Assembly (NCBI GenBank): GCA_001643675.2
Contig: LSRY02000003.1
Coordinates: 372,001-436,000, forward strand
Direction of reading: 5' to 3'
Source of the DNA: Monocercomonoides exilis PA203
Lineage: Eukaryota; Protista; Preaxostyla
DNA: 64,000 nucleotides
In this document: positions 18,972 to 33,900 of the stretch, in pieces
Layout: every line of letters starts with the position of its first letter
Numbering within the stretch: position 1 is the stretch's first letter
Program-made: the position numbers and the translations under genes
The notes under the pieces: generated by a model
Told to the model about the DNA's origin: nothing
Seen by the model: only the letters and a program-made list of their open reading frames with translations
The model's database searches: none

Positions 18972-21900
18972 TCAGCCCATCATAGCCAGCATATACGGTG
19001 GTAGGTCGTGTTGCGGGCCGTCGATAGCCTTTGAGATTTCTTCTTTTCTCTCTTCTTGCTGCTCATCGTCGCTTTCTTCCTCTTCTCTCACAGGTCTCAC
19101 TGGCTCTAGTTCATCATTCTCTTCTGCTTGCTCATTTTCTGCTTCAATTTCCTCTCTTTCTCTTTCTTCTCTTTCTCTTTCTTCTTCTTCTCCTTCACGA
19201 TTCATTTCCTCCTCTGTTCTCCTCTCACATGCACCCTGCTGCATCTCTTCTTCTTCTTCCATTCTTTGCTCTCTTCCAAAGTTCTCCTCTTCCTCTCCTT
19301 CTCTCTCTTCTCTCTCTCTCTCTTCTCCTTCTTCTCCTCCCTCTTCTCCTTCTCCCTCTTCTCCTCCTTCTCCAATATACCCTCCTTCATCTCCCTCTCC
19401 TTTCCCCATCATCGCTAGCATATACGGTGGAATTCGATGCATCGGCCCATTCACTGCCCCTTCTTCTCTCTCTTCTCCTTCTCCTTCTCCAAATTCTTCC
19501 TCTTCTTCTTCCTCTTTCCTCTGCCTCACGGGCGGAAGAGGAGAAACAGGTGGTGTTTCTTCTCTTTCTCCTTCTTCTCCTCCTTCTTCTGCTTCATTTC
19601 TGCTCATTCTGACACGAGCTGCTGGTGGAGAAAGCGGAGAAACGGGAGAAATAGGGGAAATAGGAGAATTTGACATGTTATTGCTGTCAAAATTAACATT
19701 ATTATTATTAACACTGCTGCTGTTACATTCTTCTTCATTCTGAGCATCGCTCTGTTGAGGAAATGCTGCTATCACCACACGGGCAGGCGGTGTCAATGGT
19801 GTATTTTCTCTTTCATTTTGCATTTTTCCCTTTGATTTCCTATGCCCTTCAGAAGACAAATCTCTTTCTTCTCTTTCCTTCATTGCACGTACTGGATCAA
19901 ATTCATCTGCTTCATCTTCATTCCCATTTCCCCCTTTTTCACCTGTTTGTGAATTTTTCGCTTTGTTTTTCTGCTTTTTTGGTTTGAATTGAGAAGGAGT
20001 GATTGGAGGAGAAAGAGGAGAAACTGGTTCTTCTTCTTTTTGCTGCTGTTTTTGTTGAATGTTAATATCTTCATTGCTGCTGCTGCTTCGGCTCTTCTTC
20101 TTCATTGGCTTTTTGGACTTGGAAATTGGATCGAGTTGGTCGTTTGATGCATCTATGAGAGAGAGAGAGAGAGAAAGAAAGAAAAATTGAAAGAGAAAGA
20201 GAAAGAGAAAGAGAAAGAGAAAGAGAAAGAAAAATTGAAAGAGAAAGAGAAAGAGAAAGAGAAAGAGAAAGAGAAAGAGAAAGAGAAAGAGAAAGAGAAA
20301 GAGAAAGAGAAAGAGAAAGAAAGAGAGAGAGAGAGAGATGAAAAGTATTATTCAACAACCATGCAAATCAAATATATGTAAATGAATATGTCAAAATTTT
20401 GGTTTAATCAAAGAAGCATTGAAAAGAAAAGTTTTATTAATTTAATAGGAATACATTGAATAACAGCAACAATAACAATTAAATATTTTCCTTTTCACAC
20501 CTCCTCCTCTCATCACAACCGAAGCCGAGTCCAACAGCGACTGCTCTTCGTCTCTTTTGCTCTTCGGAAACTGATCAACCAGCGACGAATGCACAGAAAG
20601 TGTGTCATAATGAGAGAATTTCGTAGGCGAAAAGACAAGAGAAGAGGTTTCATACTCCCCTTCTGCCATCGCACTTGGTGATATTCCTTCTTCATTGTCT
20701 TCTTCTTCTCCTCCTTCTCCTCCTTCTCCTTCTCCTTTCATCTCCCTTTCCCTCTTCCTCTTCCTCTCCATCTCTTCCTCCTCCATCTCCAGCTCTGCAT
20801 AGAAAGACCGATCATTCACTCCTCCTTTCCCTCCATTTCCATTCCCACTCTTCGCTTTCCCTTCTCCATTCCCCTCTTCCCCTTCATTGCCCCATTCATC
20901 ACCCCCAACCTCCTCCTCAATCTGCATGTGGAAGAGCGATTCTGGCTGCCACGGCTTCACATTTGAATGTTGAGTGTGCTGAGAATGAGGAGTGCGATAT
21001 GGTTTGTGTGTCTGTGGATGGAACCCCGCAAACTGAGTGAGAAACGAGAGAGACTGAGAAGGATGGGAAAGAGGGCTGTAGCTGTCACCATTTTCTCTAT
21101 CATCTGCAGAAGACGAGGCAAAAGAGCCAAGAGAATGAGGATCTGATTGATTATTTTGATCTTGTCTTCCTTGTTGTTCTTGTTCTTGTTGTTGTTGTGT
21201 ATGTCTTGCCAGCAGCATCGAAACAGGAGTGAGTGGAGGTGCTTCTCCAAATGGCTGCTGATCAGCTGCTGATACTGGCTGAACGGGCGTTCCCAGAACA
21301 GAATTCGCTTCTCTGTTCTGCTTTTGACCTGCTGCAGCGACAATTCCAGGCGCCAAAGCGGCTCCTGCAATCAGCGCTGATGGCAAAATCATTGATGAAG
21401 AAGAAGATGATGATGAAATTGGACCAGAAATAGGAGCAGAAGCCTTATGACTCACTGCTGTTGTATCAGGTGCTCTTCCACTCCCTCTCTGGATGTATCC
21501 TTCTTTCTGCTGCTCTGCTCTGCCATATCCTGCCCGCTCTCCTTCGCTCTGCTCCACAAAACCCACTTGCTTCCTTCTCTTTCCTCTCAGCGATTCCACA
21601 TCATTCACATCCGACGCATAAACATTGCTGCCATCTTCTCCTTCATATTCACCGGCACCAAAACCAACTCCACTGCCTTTGGGCATTTGAGCTTTATTTA
21701 TCACTCCTCCTCCTCTTCCTTCTCCTCCTCTCCCCATCCCTCCATTCATCCTTCTCCCTGCCTGTGAATAGTAATTCCCCATCCCCCTCGCAAACTGCAG
21801 CCTTCTAATCCGCTCTTCATACTCTGGATCTCTCTTCCCTCCTCTGTATCCTGCTGAAAAGCCTAACTCTTTCTTCTTCGCATTCCTTTGCCTCAAATTT

Positions 21901-24900
21901 CCTTCTTCATTCCCCTGTCCTTCTCTTCCTCCTCCTCCATAAGCTCTTATCTTACTTGGCCATTTCCCTTCCTTGTTCCTCTCATCATATCCATTCATCT
22001 GCCCATATAAGCCAACAGACACCAAATCCTTCCCGACTCTCCTCTGCTGCGCCTTCTGCTGCATCGCATTTGGATTCCCTCCCTTTTCAAACTCCTGAAA
22101 AGAAGTGAAATCTTCTCCAGCTATTCTGTTGCTCCCTCTCTTCACACCTGCCATCCTTCTTTTGAACTCGTCCAGATACTTCTCTTCCTCCTTCTTTGCT
22201 GCCTGCTGGCTCTGCTGCAGCCTTCTTTGCCTGTCCCTCGCCATCTTCTTCTGCCAGTTCTGCTGCGCCAGCTGCTGCTTCCGTTCATTCTCGCTCTTCC
22301 TCCGCTGCCTCTCACTCTCATACTCCTTCATATGATTCCTAATCTCTCTTTGCTTCTCCTCCCTCTCCATATCCAAAATCTGCCTTTTGATCAGCGCTGC
22401 ATTCGATGCTGCCACCGCCAGCGCATCGTCCCTCTCCTTCTTCGCCTTCTTCTCTGCCATCTGCTCCAGCCGCTGCCTCCTCCTCTTCTCCAGCTCCAGC
22501 TGCCGGTTCGCCTCTTCCATCACCCTCTGCTCTCTTATTGAGACTCCGCTCCTATTCACATTCGCCCCTTCCCCTTTCGTCTGGTCAGCAGGCGCACTGA
22601 AACGCATTCTTCCCGCATTTCTGCCCTTCTGTAGCACACTTGCTCCTTTCACCCGGTTCTTCCCGAATCCTGCGCCTTCTCTTCCACCATTGCTATTGTT
22701 ACTACTGTTATTATTACCAGCATAAGCAGACGATGAAGGCTGTTGTGATTGAATAGGGCGGCGCAATGGATGCAAACGAGGTGGCTGAGGCTGAGGCTGC
22801 GGTTGAGGTGTCATCTCTCCATTAGCCAAAGAAGGATACGAAGAGAAGGAAGAAGGCATCCCTCTCATCATCACGATCAGTCTTTGCTGCTGTGCTTGTT
22901 GTGTCAGTTGAGTTGAGTCTATTCCCTTTGGAACAGCAGAAGTTGTGGCAACACGTACTGGACGCAATCCTCTTTCAGTCTGTGCAACTGAATTGAACGT
23001 TCCTTGACTCATCGAATACTCCTGTGAATTTGAGGCATACCTTCCATCAGCCATCACCCCTTGCGCCTTCATCTCTTCCTCTCTCTTCCTCTCTCGCTCC
23101 ATCCGCAGCCGCCACTTCTCAAACACAGAATAGAAGAATAAAGAAGTAGGTGACCAGACTGTTGAGACTAATCTTCCCTGTGAAGAAGACCAGAAATGCT
23201 GCTGAGGCGCTCCAATGTCGTTGTGGAAGATAAGTAAATCTTGAAGAAATAGACAAGAAGAAGAAGAAGAGGAAGAAACGCCTTTCTCTTCCTCACCATC
23301 CATCTTACTGTTATTCCTTTGCACATGCTTGAAGAAATGAGTGATTCTCCCCAGCAGATACAGCAACAGGTTTGAAGCTGCATCCAAATCGAATGGATGA
23401 CAAGGCGGAGGTTTCATCGGCAGCTGGGGAAGAATATCTTGCTGTGAAAAGGGCTCATACTTGGCAGCAGCAGTGAGAGGAGGAGGATGAAATGGAGGAG
23501 GAGGAGGAGGAGGAGGAGAAGAAGAAGAGGAAGGATGAAGAGGAGAAGGATGAGATTTTTGTGAGTTTAGTGTGCTGTTGAGAGGGTTGTGAGGCAGTGA
23601 GGAAGGCGAAGTGAGAAGAACAGCAGCAGATGAAGTGTAAGGAAGATTGCGTTGTTGTTGTTGTTGATTATTATTAGGAAGTGAAGAGAAGGAAGAAGAA
23701 GAAGAAGATGATGATGATGATGAAATGTTATCAGCTGAAGTACAATTAGCAGAAGAAGAAGAAGAAGAAGAATTATTTGATAGAAATGACGTAGCAATTG
23801 GTGTAACAGACGTATCATCTGTTGCTTGACTTGAAGGTACGTTGGCAAATGTCACCATTCTTTTCTTAGCTGCTCCATCAATTGGATCAGAAGAAGAAAA
23901 CGAAGAAGAAGAGGAGGAAGAAGAAGCAGAATATGATGAATAATAAATTTCTTCTTTATCTTCTCTCATCTCCTTCTCAGCTGTTGATGGAGGTGTTGGC
24001 GTGAGTGGAGGTGTTGGAGTAGGCGGAGGAGTTGGACTAATCGGCGGCTCATCCTCAAAATTGTCTTCTTCTTTATCTTCTTTTGTTTCTTCATTGTTCT
24101 TCTCTTTAGTTTTTGCAGTGAACATTTTTGGCTCTTTTATCTCTTCCTCCTCCGTTTTTGTTTTTGTTTCTTTCTCTTTTTCGTTTTCTTTTTGAATTTC
24201 TTCTTTTTCTTCCTCTTGTTGTTTTTGTTGTTGTGGTTCATTCACTTGTTTTTCCCTTGCCATTCTTTCTTCTCTCAAAGTCTTCAATTTTTCTTTCATT
24301 TTGGCATCTTTCTCTTTCTTTGCTTTGAGAATCGAATTAATCGTTGAGCTCATCTCGTTTATTCTTGCTGTCTCATTCATTTCATCTTCTTCATTGTTTG
24401 CATCCGACTTCACTTCTTCTCCCTTTTTTTCTCTTTCTTCACCATTCTGCATTTCTGTCTCCATCATTGGCAGTTCTTCACTCATTTCTCTAACATTCTC
24501 TGCTTCTCCTTCATTTATCGTCTCCAATGGCATCGCATTTCCTATCTGTTGTGCTTCATTCATCATTCCATTCTGCATATAATTCTGTGCTTGTTCTCCT
24601 TCTTCATTCATTCCATTCATTCCTGTTTGTTGAACAGTTCCATTCACATTCCCATTCACATTCTCATTCCCTTCCATCTCCTCCTCTCTCGGGCGAATGA
24701 ACTGTGGCTGAGTGAATGGCAAGTCACGAAGATACTTCGGAATCATCTTGATTGCTACTTCTGCCCCAAAGAAAGGGTTGCTGGTGTCTAAAGAGGCAGA
24801 CTTGAAGTGTTGTGTCTTTGGACGGGGCATCTCATTGGCTGGATGAGGAGGAAGAGAATGGGCAAGAGGAGGAAGAGGAGGAGGAGGAGAAGAGGATGAT

Positions 24901-27900
24901 AATGGCAAAGGAGCAGGAGTTGAGGAAGCCAGCTGAGAAGAAAGAGAAAATTGCTCATTCACTTCAGGCAATGCAGATGATTGAGTCTCCATTGCATGTC
25001 CATTTGATTGAGCTTCATTGTTTGCCTCGCTCATTTCAGCAGTCAAAGATGAATGAGGTCTAACTGTTCCATCGGTTGTCATTGAAAGGCTCCTCACATC
25101 AACAGAAGGAGTGTTCTTACGCAGAGCAGCTGGTGTGGTTGCAGTGAGAAGAGGAGAAGAGGAGGAAGAAGAAGAGGAAGAGGAAGAAGAATCGATTAAT
25201 AGATTGTTTGGTGGCTGAATTGTGTTATCATCAGAAGAAGAAGTGGATGGGATTTGAAGAGGAGTTGGTTTTTCTTCTTCTTCTTTTGCTTCGTCTTCTT
25301 CTCTTCTCTTCTCTTCAGCTTCTTCTCTTTCTTCCTTCTTCTTTTTGATTCTCTCTTCTCTTTCTCTTCTTCGTTTGTCTCTTTCTTCTTTGTCTCTCTT
25401 CCTTTTCGCATCTCTTTCTCTGATAAATTCTTCCCTCTTTCTCATCTTCTCTTCATGTGCTTTCTTCTTCATCTCCATTTTTCTTTCTCTTTCTCTCTCT
25501 TCCTCTTCCAACCTCTCCATTTCCCTCCTTTCCTTCTCTTTCTCCTTCTCCTTCTTCTCCTTCTCCGTCTCAAAACTCCTTGGAACATAAACTTCTCCTC
25601 TCTCCGCGCACTCCCTCTGCCTCTTCCTCTCCTTCTTCTGCTCAATCTCTGCAACAAGCGACAACAACGTGCCTGTTGTGAAGAGGGATACAAGAGAAGG
25701 ATCGCCAAAGAGAGAAGGAGGCGGAGGATATGGCTGCACAAGGGTGGGGTGCCGGCTCTTGGTGAGGTTTGAAGGAGGGCGGGGGAAGTTGGAAGAAGAA
25801 GAGGAGGAAGAAGAAGAAGAAGATGATGATGATTGAGAAGAAGAAGAATAAGAGGAAGATGAAGCAGACTCAGAATTGCCGAAGGAAGAATCTTGTTCTT
25901 CTGTGAGTATATCGCTTTCTCTGATGCATGCCAGCGACAAAACAAGGTCAATGAGGATTTTCTGGTGCACAAAAGGAATCCAACTGTCGCTGTGTGGAGA
26001 GGACGGATCACTCGTTTTGGCTCGGGCGAAGAAGCATTCAACGTCTTCTTCATCTTCATCCTTTCCTCTTCTTCCTCTTTTTCTTGTTCTTCTTTTTCCT
26101 CCTCTTCCTTTTTCTTGTTCTTGTTCTGCTTCATTTTTTGATTCAAATCTTCTAAAGTCTTCTCTTTTCCCTTCTCTTTGGTCATCTTCTGAATTAGTTT
26201 CTATCTCATCATTGTTACTCCCTTCTTCGTCTCCTTCTCCTTCTCCTTCTTCTCCTTTTTCACTTGAAAGAATTCTTCTGCTTTTCTTATGAGATGTCGA
26301 AACAGACGAAAATGGCGGGGTTACAAGTGGATTGCGCCTTATTTCTTCATCAAATTCCTTTTCTTTGCCTTCTTCTGCAATGTTATCAGACAAAGACGCA
26401 TTCTTCTTCTTCCTCCGAACAATCTTTTTGATAACTTTTTTGCTCTTCCCTTTCTTCTCTTTCTCTTTCTGTTCCTTCCCTTCTTCCTCTTCCTCTTTCT
26501 CTTTCCCTTCTTCCTCCTCCACATCCACCTCCACCTCCTTCTCTATCTCTTCCTCTGCTTTCCTCTTCTCCTCCAGCATAGCCGCATTCTTCTCGTTCAA
26601 CTCTCTCAATCGCTGCTCCAACTCCTTCAGCATCTCCATCTGCTGCTTGTCTTCAGCTGATATCTCGCTTTCTGCATCAGAAAGATCAGAAACTGATGAA
26701 ATCACTGACAAATCTTCATCATCCACATCTGTTGGCGCTAACCTTTTGACTGTTAAGGCATTGTGATCAGTGGATTCTCCTTCTTTTTCTCCTTTTTCTC
26801 CTTCTTTGACTTCTCCTTTTTCTCCTTCTTTGACTTCTCCTTTTTCTCCTTCTTTGACTTCTCCTTTTTCTGCTTCTCCTTCTTTTTCTCCTTCTTTCAT
26901 CACATTTGGTATATCAGAAATTGTATGAGATTTGTCCAATGCTGATTTGCTTTCTTCTTCTTCTTCACCTTCTTTTCCATCCCCTTCTCCTTCTTTTATC
27001 TTTTCATTTTTAACTTCGGCCCCTGCTCCTGCTCCTCCTTCTGTTTCTGTCGCTTCTTCATCTTCCACCTCAATCTCAATCTCTTCCTCTTCCCATTCCT
27101 CTTCTTCCTTCCTCTCTTTCTCTCTCCTTTCCTTCTCTGCTTTCTCTTCTTCATTCTCCTTCTCTTCTTTATTTTCTTCTTCTTCTTCTTCCTCATCCTC
27201 AGCCCACCCAAACTCCTCTCCTTCCTCGTTCTTCCCATTTACTTTGCTCATCTCCCTCTTCATCCAATACCCCATCCTCGTCTGCCTCACATGCGCCTTC
27301 AAACACCCCACAAACTTCCCTGATGACAGTAGCTCCATCACCACATGCCTCACCAGCGAGTCAATAAAGCTCTGCATAGAACCAGCTTTCTCAAACCGCA
27401 TCGCCAGCTTCCTCACAATCTCCGCCAGCTTCCTCAGAATGAGCGACGATCGCAGCCAGTTCTGCAATGGGAGTGGCTTCATCAGCTTCTCCAGCGGCGT
27501 CTTCTGCATCTTCGTCTGCAGCGCCTGCTGCTCCTTCACCAGTTTCTCCCTCTCTCTCTTCAGCTGCTCGATTGCCTCTCTCTGCATCTCATTCTCTCTG
27601 CCTGCTGCTCCGCTGGCGAGTGACGGGAGAGAAGAAGAGGGAGCAGAAAGAGCAGCAGTGAGGGCCTCAACCTCTGCCAGCGACGCCGCCAGCGACTGCA
27701 GCTGAGACGGCTGTATCATCGCCATTCGGTTTGTGAGGAATGTGAAGATGTCTGCTCGCCAGTACAGCCGCGGCAGATGAGGGAACGATGCTTCGAGTGT
27801 GTCTAACATCGCCTCGTTGTCGTCTTCCTGCAGAAGAGATAGAAGATTGTCTCTTTCTTGCTCCTCTTCTTCGGCTTTCCGCTGGCTGATCTTCAGACGC

Positions 27901-30900
27901 TCTCGCTCAATCTGCGCGTCTGACTGGAACACAAGTGTGCGGTTCATTTGGGTGAAGGCATCGGATTCTGACTCTGTTTCATCCTCTTCTTCGTCTTCTT
28001 CTCTTTCTCTTTCTCTTACTTCTTTTGTTTGCTCATTTGCTTCTTCAACTTTTTCATCATCATTTCTATCTGATCCGTCCATTAGCATCTTTTCTTTCTT
28101 TTCCTTCTTCTCCTTCTCTTTCTCCCTTCTCTTTCTCCTCCTCATCTCCTTCTTCACTCTCCTCGCCTCTTCTCCATCAAACCTCTCGTCCCATCCTTCC
28201 AACCTCCTCCTCCCATTCAACAGCAACGACGCCACACACCTCGCAATTCCAATCCCTTCACCTGCTTTTGTGAAGCTGTGATGCAAAACACACAGCAACA
28301 TCTCAATCTCTGCTTCTCCACAACACCTTCGCAGAAGCCTGCTGCGCAGATGGTTGAGCATTGGCAGCACAGGCACGCCTGTTGGGAAGAGGAACATGAT
28401 GTTAGTCAGCTGCACAGCACATTGGGCAGATGAGAAGGGAGGGTAGAGAGGAGAAGGGGGGAAATCGAGTGTGTAAAGAGGGAAGGAGTCTGCAAAGAGA
28501 GAAGGCGCGCGGCAGGTTGGGAGAGAAGAGGAGGCGAAGAACGACAAAAGAGAAGACAATACGATTTGGGTGTTGCTGTGGAGGAGCTGCAGGTTCTGCT
28601 GCTGGCTGTTGGCTGACTGGAGAAGAGTGGCACACAAAAGGGAAACAGTGCGGAGGATGGGGAAGGCCCAGATCTCGGCATAGGGAGAGGCAGAGGTAGC
28701 GGTGATGATTGCCTGGATATGAGATGTGCGCAAAGAGATTTGGGAAGAAGAAGGTTTTGCAGTGGAAGCAAAAGAAGAAGAGGAAGAGGAAGAAGAGGAT
28801 GCAAAGGAAGGAGATGAGCGTAAATCTGTTTGAGTAGAAGGAGTGCCGGTTGTTGAACGAATAGTTCTTGACCCGCCAGATGAATGAGAATTAGAAGAAG
28901 AAGAAGAAGAAGAAGAAGGATCAAAGACAGAAGGGAAGAACTGGAACACGCGGATGATGTAAGACAACGCAGACAGAAAAGAAATAGTCTCATTTGGTGT
29001 GGAGAGAGAGAACAAGCACAAAGGCAGCTGATCTTCTGCTTCTTCTGATTCTGTTTGCTCTTTGCTAAGATTATTATTTTCTTGTCTTTCTTCAGAGCTC
29101 TTTGGAGAAGTGGCAGTTTCAATTGAATCGTTTTTAATTTGTGCGTTTTTCTTTTTCTTTCTCAAATCTGCTGACTTCTTTGTGATGAGTGTGTCATCTT
29201 CATAACTATCCCATGCATCTTTGCTTTTCTTCTCCACATCATCTCCTTCTTCTCTTAATCCTTCCCCTCTTCCTTCCTCTTCTCTTTCCTCTTCTCCCTC
29301 TCTCCTGTTCTCCTTCTGTGTGATTGACAGAATTGTGCTGCACATCTCATGTGCTGCATCCACAATCTGCCCCAGCGTCTGCTCCACAATCTTCCTGTCT
29401 CTCTTCACTTCTTTTATCACTGATCGCAAAAACAACAACCTTTCTTCATCAAACCTCATAGCTGCTGCTGTTCTTTCGTCTCTTTCGCTTCCTTCTCTCT
29501 CTAACTCTCCCTTCTGCAGCCGCTGCACATCCTTCTCCAGCTGTGTCTGCACAGACTTCATCTTCTCTCCTCCATTCAAGACAGCACTGGAATCCTGTGA
29601 AGATTGCTTTTGTTGATTTGCCATCTGCTGCTGAAGTTGTTGTTGTTGCTGCTGCTGCTGTTTAATCAGGGCAGCCACCGAAGAAGCTGCAGTTGTTGCC
29701 TTTGCCGCTGCATTCGATGTCGACGTGACGAGAACAGAAGCAGCCAGCACTTCTGCAGGCGATGCCTGTGTGTTGAGGAACGTTGGCAGCTGAGCAGGGA
29801 TGTCAGCATGGGACAAGGGGGACGATCCTTCAATGGCTGGCAGACGACGCTGGAGTGGAAGAGGAGTGGAGTATGCATCATTGGGTGATTGATGCATCTG
29901 AACAAGCTGTTGTTGTTGGTTGATTCGCATTTGTTGTACTTGTTGCAGTGCTGTTGATGGAGAAAGAAGCATTTGCTCCTTTTGCTGCTGCTGCAGAAGT
30001 TGCTGAGGAAGCTGTGAATAAACAGTCATCCCACTCTGAGGTGAAGCAAATGACTGGGCAACACCTGAAATTGGGATTTTACCTCCTCTTTCAATGATAT
30101 TCATTCCATTCATTCCATTCATCGCCATCATCCCTGCCATCTCAGGTGTTGAGAAATACGTCTGCTGCCTCACAATCTCCATCCCATTGCTTCCACTTCT
30201 GTTCCTTCCCATTCCTCCTCCTCCTCCTCCTCTTTCTCCTCCAAAATCACCAGCAGCATTTGTCTGTGCGATCTGCCTCACTCTGCCCATCCCCTGCTGG
30301 TGCTGATGCACCACAATCCCTTTCCCATTCAGAATCCTCCTTCCTGTCTGCGGATCGTATCGGTGTGTCGGTCTGTGCGACTTCTCAATCAGCACCTCCT
30401 GCGGAATCGCTTCTGCCCCTGCACGATACGGCTGGGGGCGCTGCATATACGAAGAGGACTGAACGGAAGAAGAAGAAGAAGAAGAAGAGACACCTACCAA
30501 TGAAGACATCAGAGGTGGATGGGCTGACGGGCCGTTGAATCTCTGCTGCTGCTGCTGTTGTTGCTGTAGCAATTGTGAAGGAAGCATTGGACTCAGCTTC
30601 GTCACTGATGTCTGTTGTATTCGTGCATATGGATAACTGCCCAGCAGCCTCGCTTGCACTGTTGGATCAGCCAATCCAGTGGCATTTCTGCCTCTCCCTG
30701 CTCCATACTGTGCTATCCCCATGTTATCCAGCAATGCTCTGCTGCCTCCTCCCACAATCGGTGGCAGTTTTCTTCTGTCTGCAACACTTGAAGCTCCTCT
30801 TCCCATCCCCATCCCCATCCCCATTCCATTTCCCATTCGATTCCCCTCCTTTCCCGCAGCTCCACCGCTAAACAGCTCTTTCTTCTTCCTCTCCTCCTCC

Positions 30901-33900
30901 TCTTTCTTCATCTGCTCCAGCTGTTTCAGCGGCGCCTCGTTCTCATTCGCCCACTGCTCCCCCAGCTGCTCCAGCCCAATCCCAACACCAGCCACCAGCG
31001 AGGCGTCCAGCTCAGCTGCATACTTCTCCAAGAGGGCAGTGTTTGTAAGTGCAGCAAACTCCATCACCAGCCTTTCCACACAGTTCAGATAGCGCGCCAT
31101 GTTCCCGACGAACAACGGAGGCAGCTTCTGAATGAGAAGAGTGGCAAACGTGGCTTTGCGGCCGAAGGAGAGGAGAAGGCGAGCGAAGGAAGACGGGATG
31201 AGGGAGGAGTCTAAAGAGAGGTAGGACGTGAGGAGGTCAGAAGCTGTGAGCTGGGGATCAGAGTCAATTGGATCTGGCTGGAGAGAAAGACGAGGAAGAG
31301 GAAGAGAAGGTGACTGTTGGTGTTGAAGTTGTTTTTGTTGTTGTGATATGTTTTGAAATGAAGGCAAGTTGGCAGAAGATGAAATGGAAGCAAAAGGTAC
31401 AGAAGGAGAAATAAGCTGTGAAATGCTGGATGATAACGCTGAAGGTGTTTGGAGTGGAAGAGGAGAATGAGTATGTGCAGGTGATAGCTGATTGGGTGTG
31501 GTGGATGAAGGAGATTGAGTGGGAGGGAGATAGAGAGGCAGCTGTGACATGGAAACAGATGAGAAGGAAGGAGGAATAAGAGCATTGCGCTTGTTGTTGA
31601 TGACTTGTGGTGAAGCAGAAGAAGAAGATGATGGTGATGGTGAAGAAGAAAGACCTGATGAAAAAGGAGAAGAAGCAGAAGCAGAAGCAGAAGGTGTTAC
31701 TGCTTCTTTTCCTGCCTCTGTTTCTCCAACATTCTCCTTTTCTCCCTGTCTGGGTGTGAAGAATATCTGAGCATCCCATTCAGATTGACTCATCAGCTTC
31801 TCTTTCTCTTTCTCTCTCACTGACAACTCTTGTTTTCTATACTCTCTTTTGAGCTCTATCTCTCTTTCTCTCTCCATTTCTTCTTTCTCATACGACGAAC
31901 GCAGATCCATCTCAGAAAATGCATTATTATTATTGTTATTATTGTTATTCTTAGCATTTGCATCATTATTCCCTTGCTCATTCCATTCTTTGCTTCCATT
32001 TCTGTTATTATAATAACTTCCTCCTTCTTCTGCTTCAATATCTTTTCTTCTGCTCTCTTTACCAAAATTCCTGTTCTCATTATCATTTCCATTTCCATTT
32101 CCATTTCCATTCAAATTCTCCTTCGCATCCACCGACTCCTCTAGCAGCTCAATCAGCCGCTGCAGACGCGGATGGCGTTTGTGTTTCTGAGGCTGCGAGG
32201 AAAAAACATAAAGAGAATCACTTCGTAACAAACAAGACAGTGCTAAGATCAGCCCACCTTGATTAGAAGTGAACCAGCTCCAGGTGACTGATTGGAGGAG
32301 AGAGAGGTTCACACGAATGGCTTGGATATCTGCGAGTGTGAGGGAAGAGGAGGGGGAGGCTGAGGACGCATTGAAGAAGATGGATTGGAGAATGGCTGGT
32401 TGAGAAGACTGAGACGATTGTGAAGGAGATTGAGAAGGTGCTTGCGATTGAAGTGGGAACTGGGAAGAAGGCAAATGCGAAAGCAACTGCTGCTGATTGA
32501 AAAGCTGAGTATTCTGTCCATTTTGTCCATTCATCCCATTCATTCCCAGAGTCATCATCGTCTTCTCTCTCAGCGCCCTGTTAATCTTCTCCTCTTCTCC
32601 GCTAAGCTCTCTTTCCAGAACCACAAAGATGCATCTTATCAGCTCTGATATGCACTCCATCGATGCTCTTGCCACCAGAAAGTCTTCAGATGTCATTCCA
32701 TAGCTCAGCGTCTCCAGCACAAACGCAAAAGCACGGGGATCTCGAATAGCTAAGCAGACCATACGCATTGCGTTGCATTCAGCGAGAAGGAAGAAGAGAA
32801 GGGCAGGGTGAAGACGAAGAGGATGGGATTTGAGCAAAAGAGGGCAGTATAGTTGGCTGGCAATAGACTGGGTAGAAGAAGTAGAAGAAGAAGGGGAAGG
32901 GGAGCTAAGTGTAGACAAAGAAGCAGAGGAGCTGGTCAGACTCTGCTTTGAAGCCTGGTTTCCTCCACTTCCTCCTCCGCCTTTCTGCTTCAGTCCGTGT
33001 ACCTCCTTCACATCTGTCTCCACCTCGTACCCTCCGCAGCAGGGGCAGTAGTGCTGCCCTTTGCGATGGCGATGGTGGATGAACCCAAACTCCGCCATCC
33101 AATTCTCATCTTCATTCGAATTGGCACACGAAGAGCTGATGTTGCTATTACTACTGCTATTGTTAATGTTACTGTTAGTGTTATTGTTGAATCCTCCAGC
33201 CGAACACGATCTGCTTTCCATCTCTGCTGCCATTTTCTTCCTTTCCTCCGCCTCTTCCTCGCTCTCCCACACAATTATCTGCTTCTCCTCCTGTTTGCCC
33301 TCTGAAACCACCCTTCTTATCCTTATCCCCACAGCATCTGGAAACGACAGAGAAAACTTCTTGCAAAAAAGCCTTTGGAGGTCACCTGGCCGTTTTGTGA
33401 AGAGCTCAACTGCTGTTTTTGTGTCGAAGGCGAAGGAAGCTTCGAGCAGAGCAACGAGCAGATCGAGGCAGGTGTGTGCTTGAAAGAGAGAGAGGAGATG
33501 GGAAGGGAGGGTGATGGCTGAGAAGAAGGAGGAGGGGGTGAGAGAGAGGAGTGTGAGAAGGCGGAGTGGAAGAAATGACTCAGTGGAAGAGGAAGAAGAA
33601 GAAGAAGAAGCTGATAGTGATGAAGTGTTTGATGAAGTGGAAGAAGGAAATGCATTTTGAGATGATTTTGTAAAAGATGATGAATGCGGCTGAAAGAGAT
33701 AAGATGCATTGATTGGAAGAGAATGGGCGTTGTATGAAGAAGAAAAAGAAGAAGAAGATGATGATGATGAAAGTGTTTGTGTATCCGAGAAAAGCGCTGT
33801 GAATCTTGACTGCGAAAAGGGCGGAGCAACCGAAGACGATGGCAGGTCTGCTATTCTGTCTCCCTCTGCATCGCCCACAGACACAATCCTCTCTCCTCTG

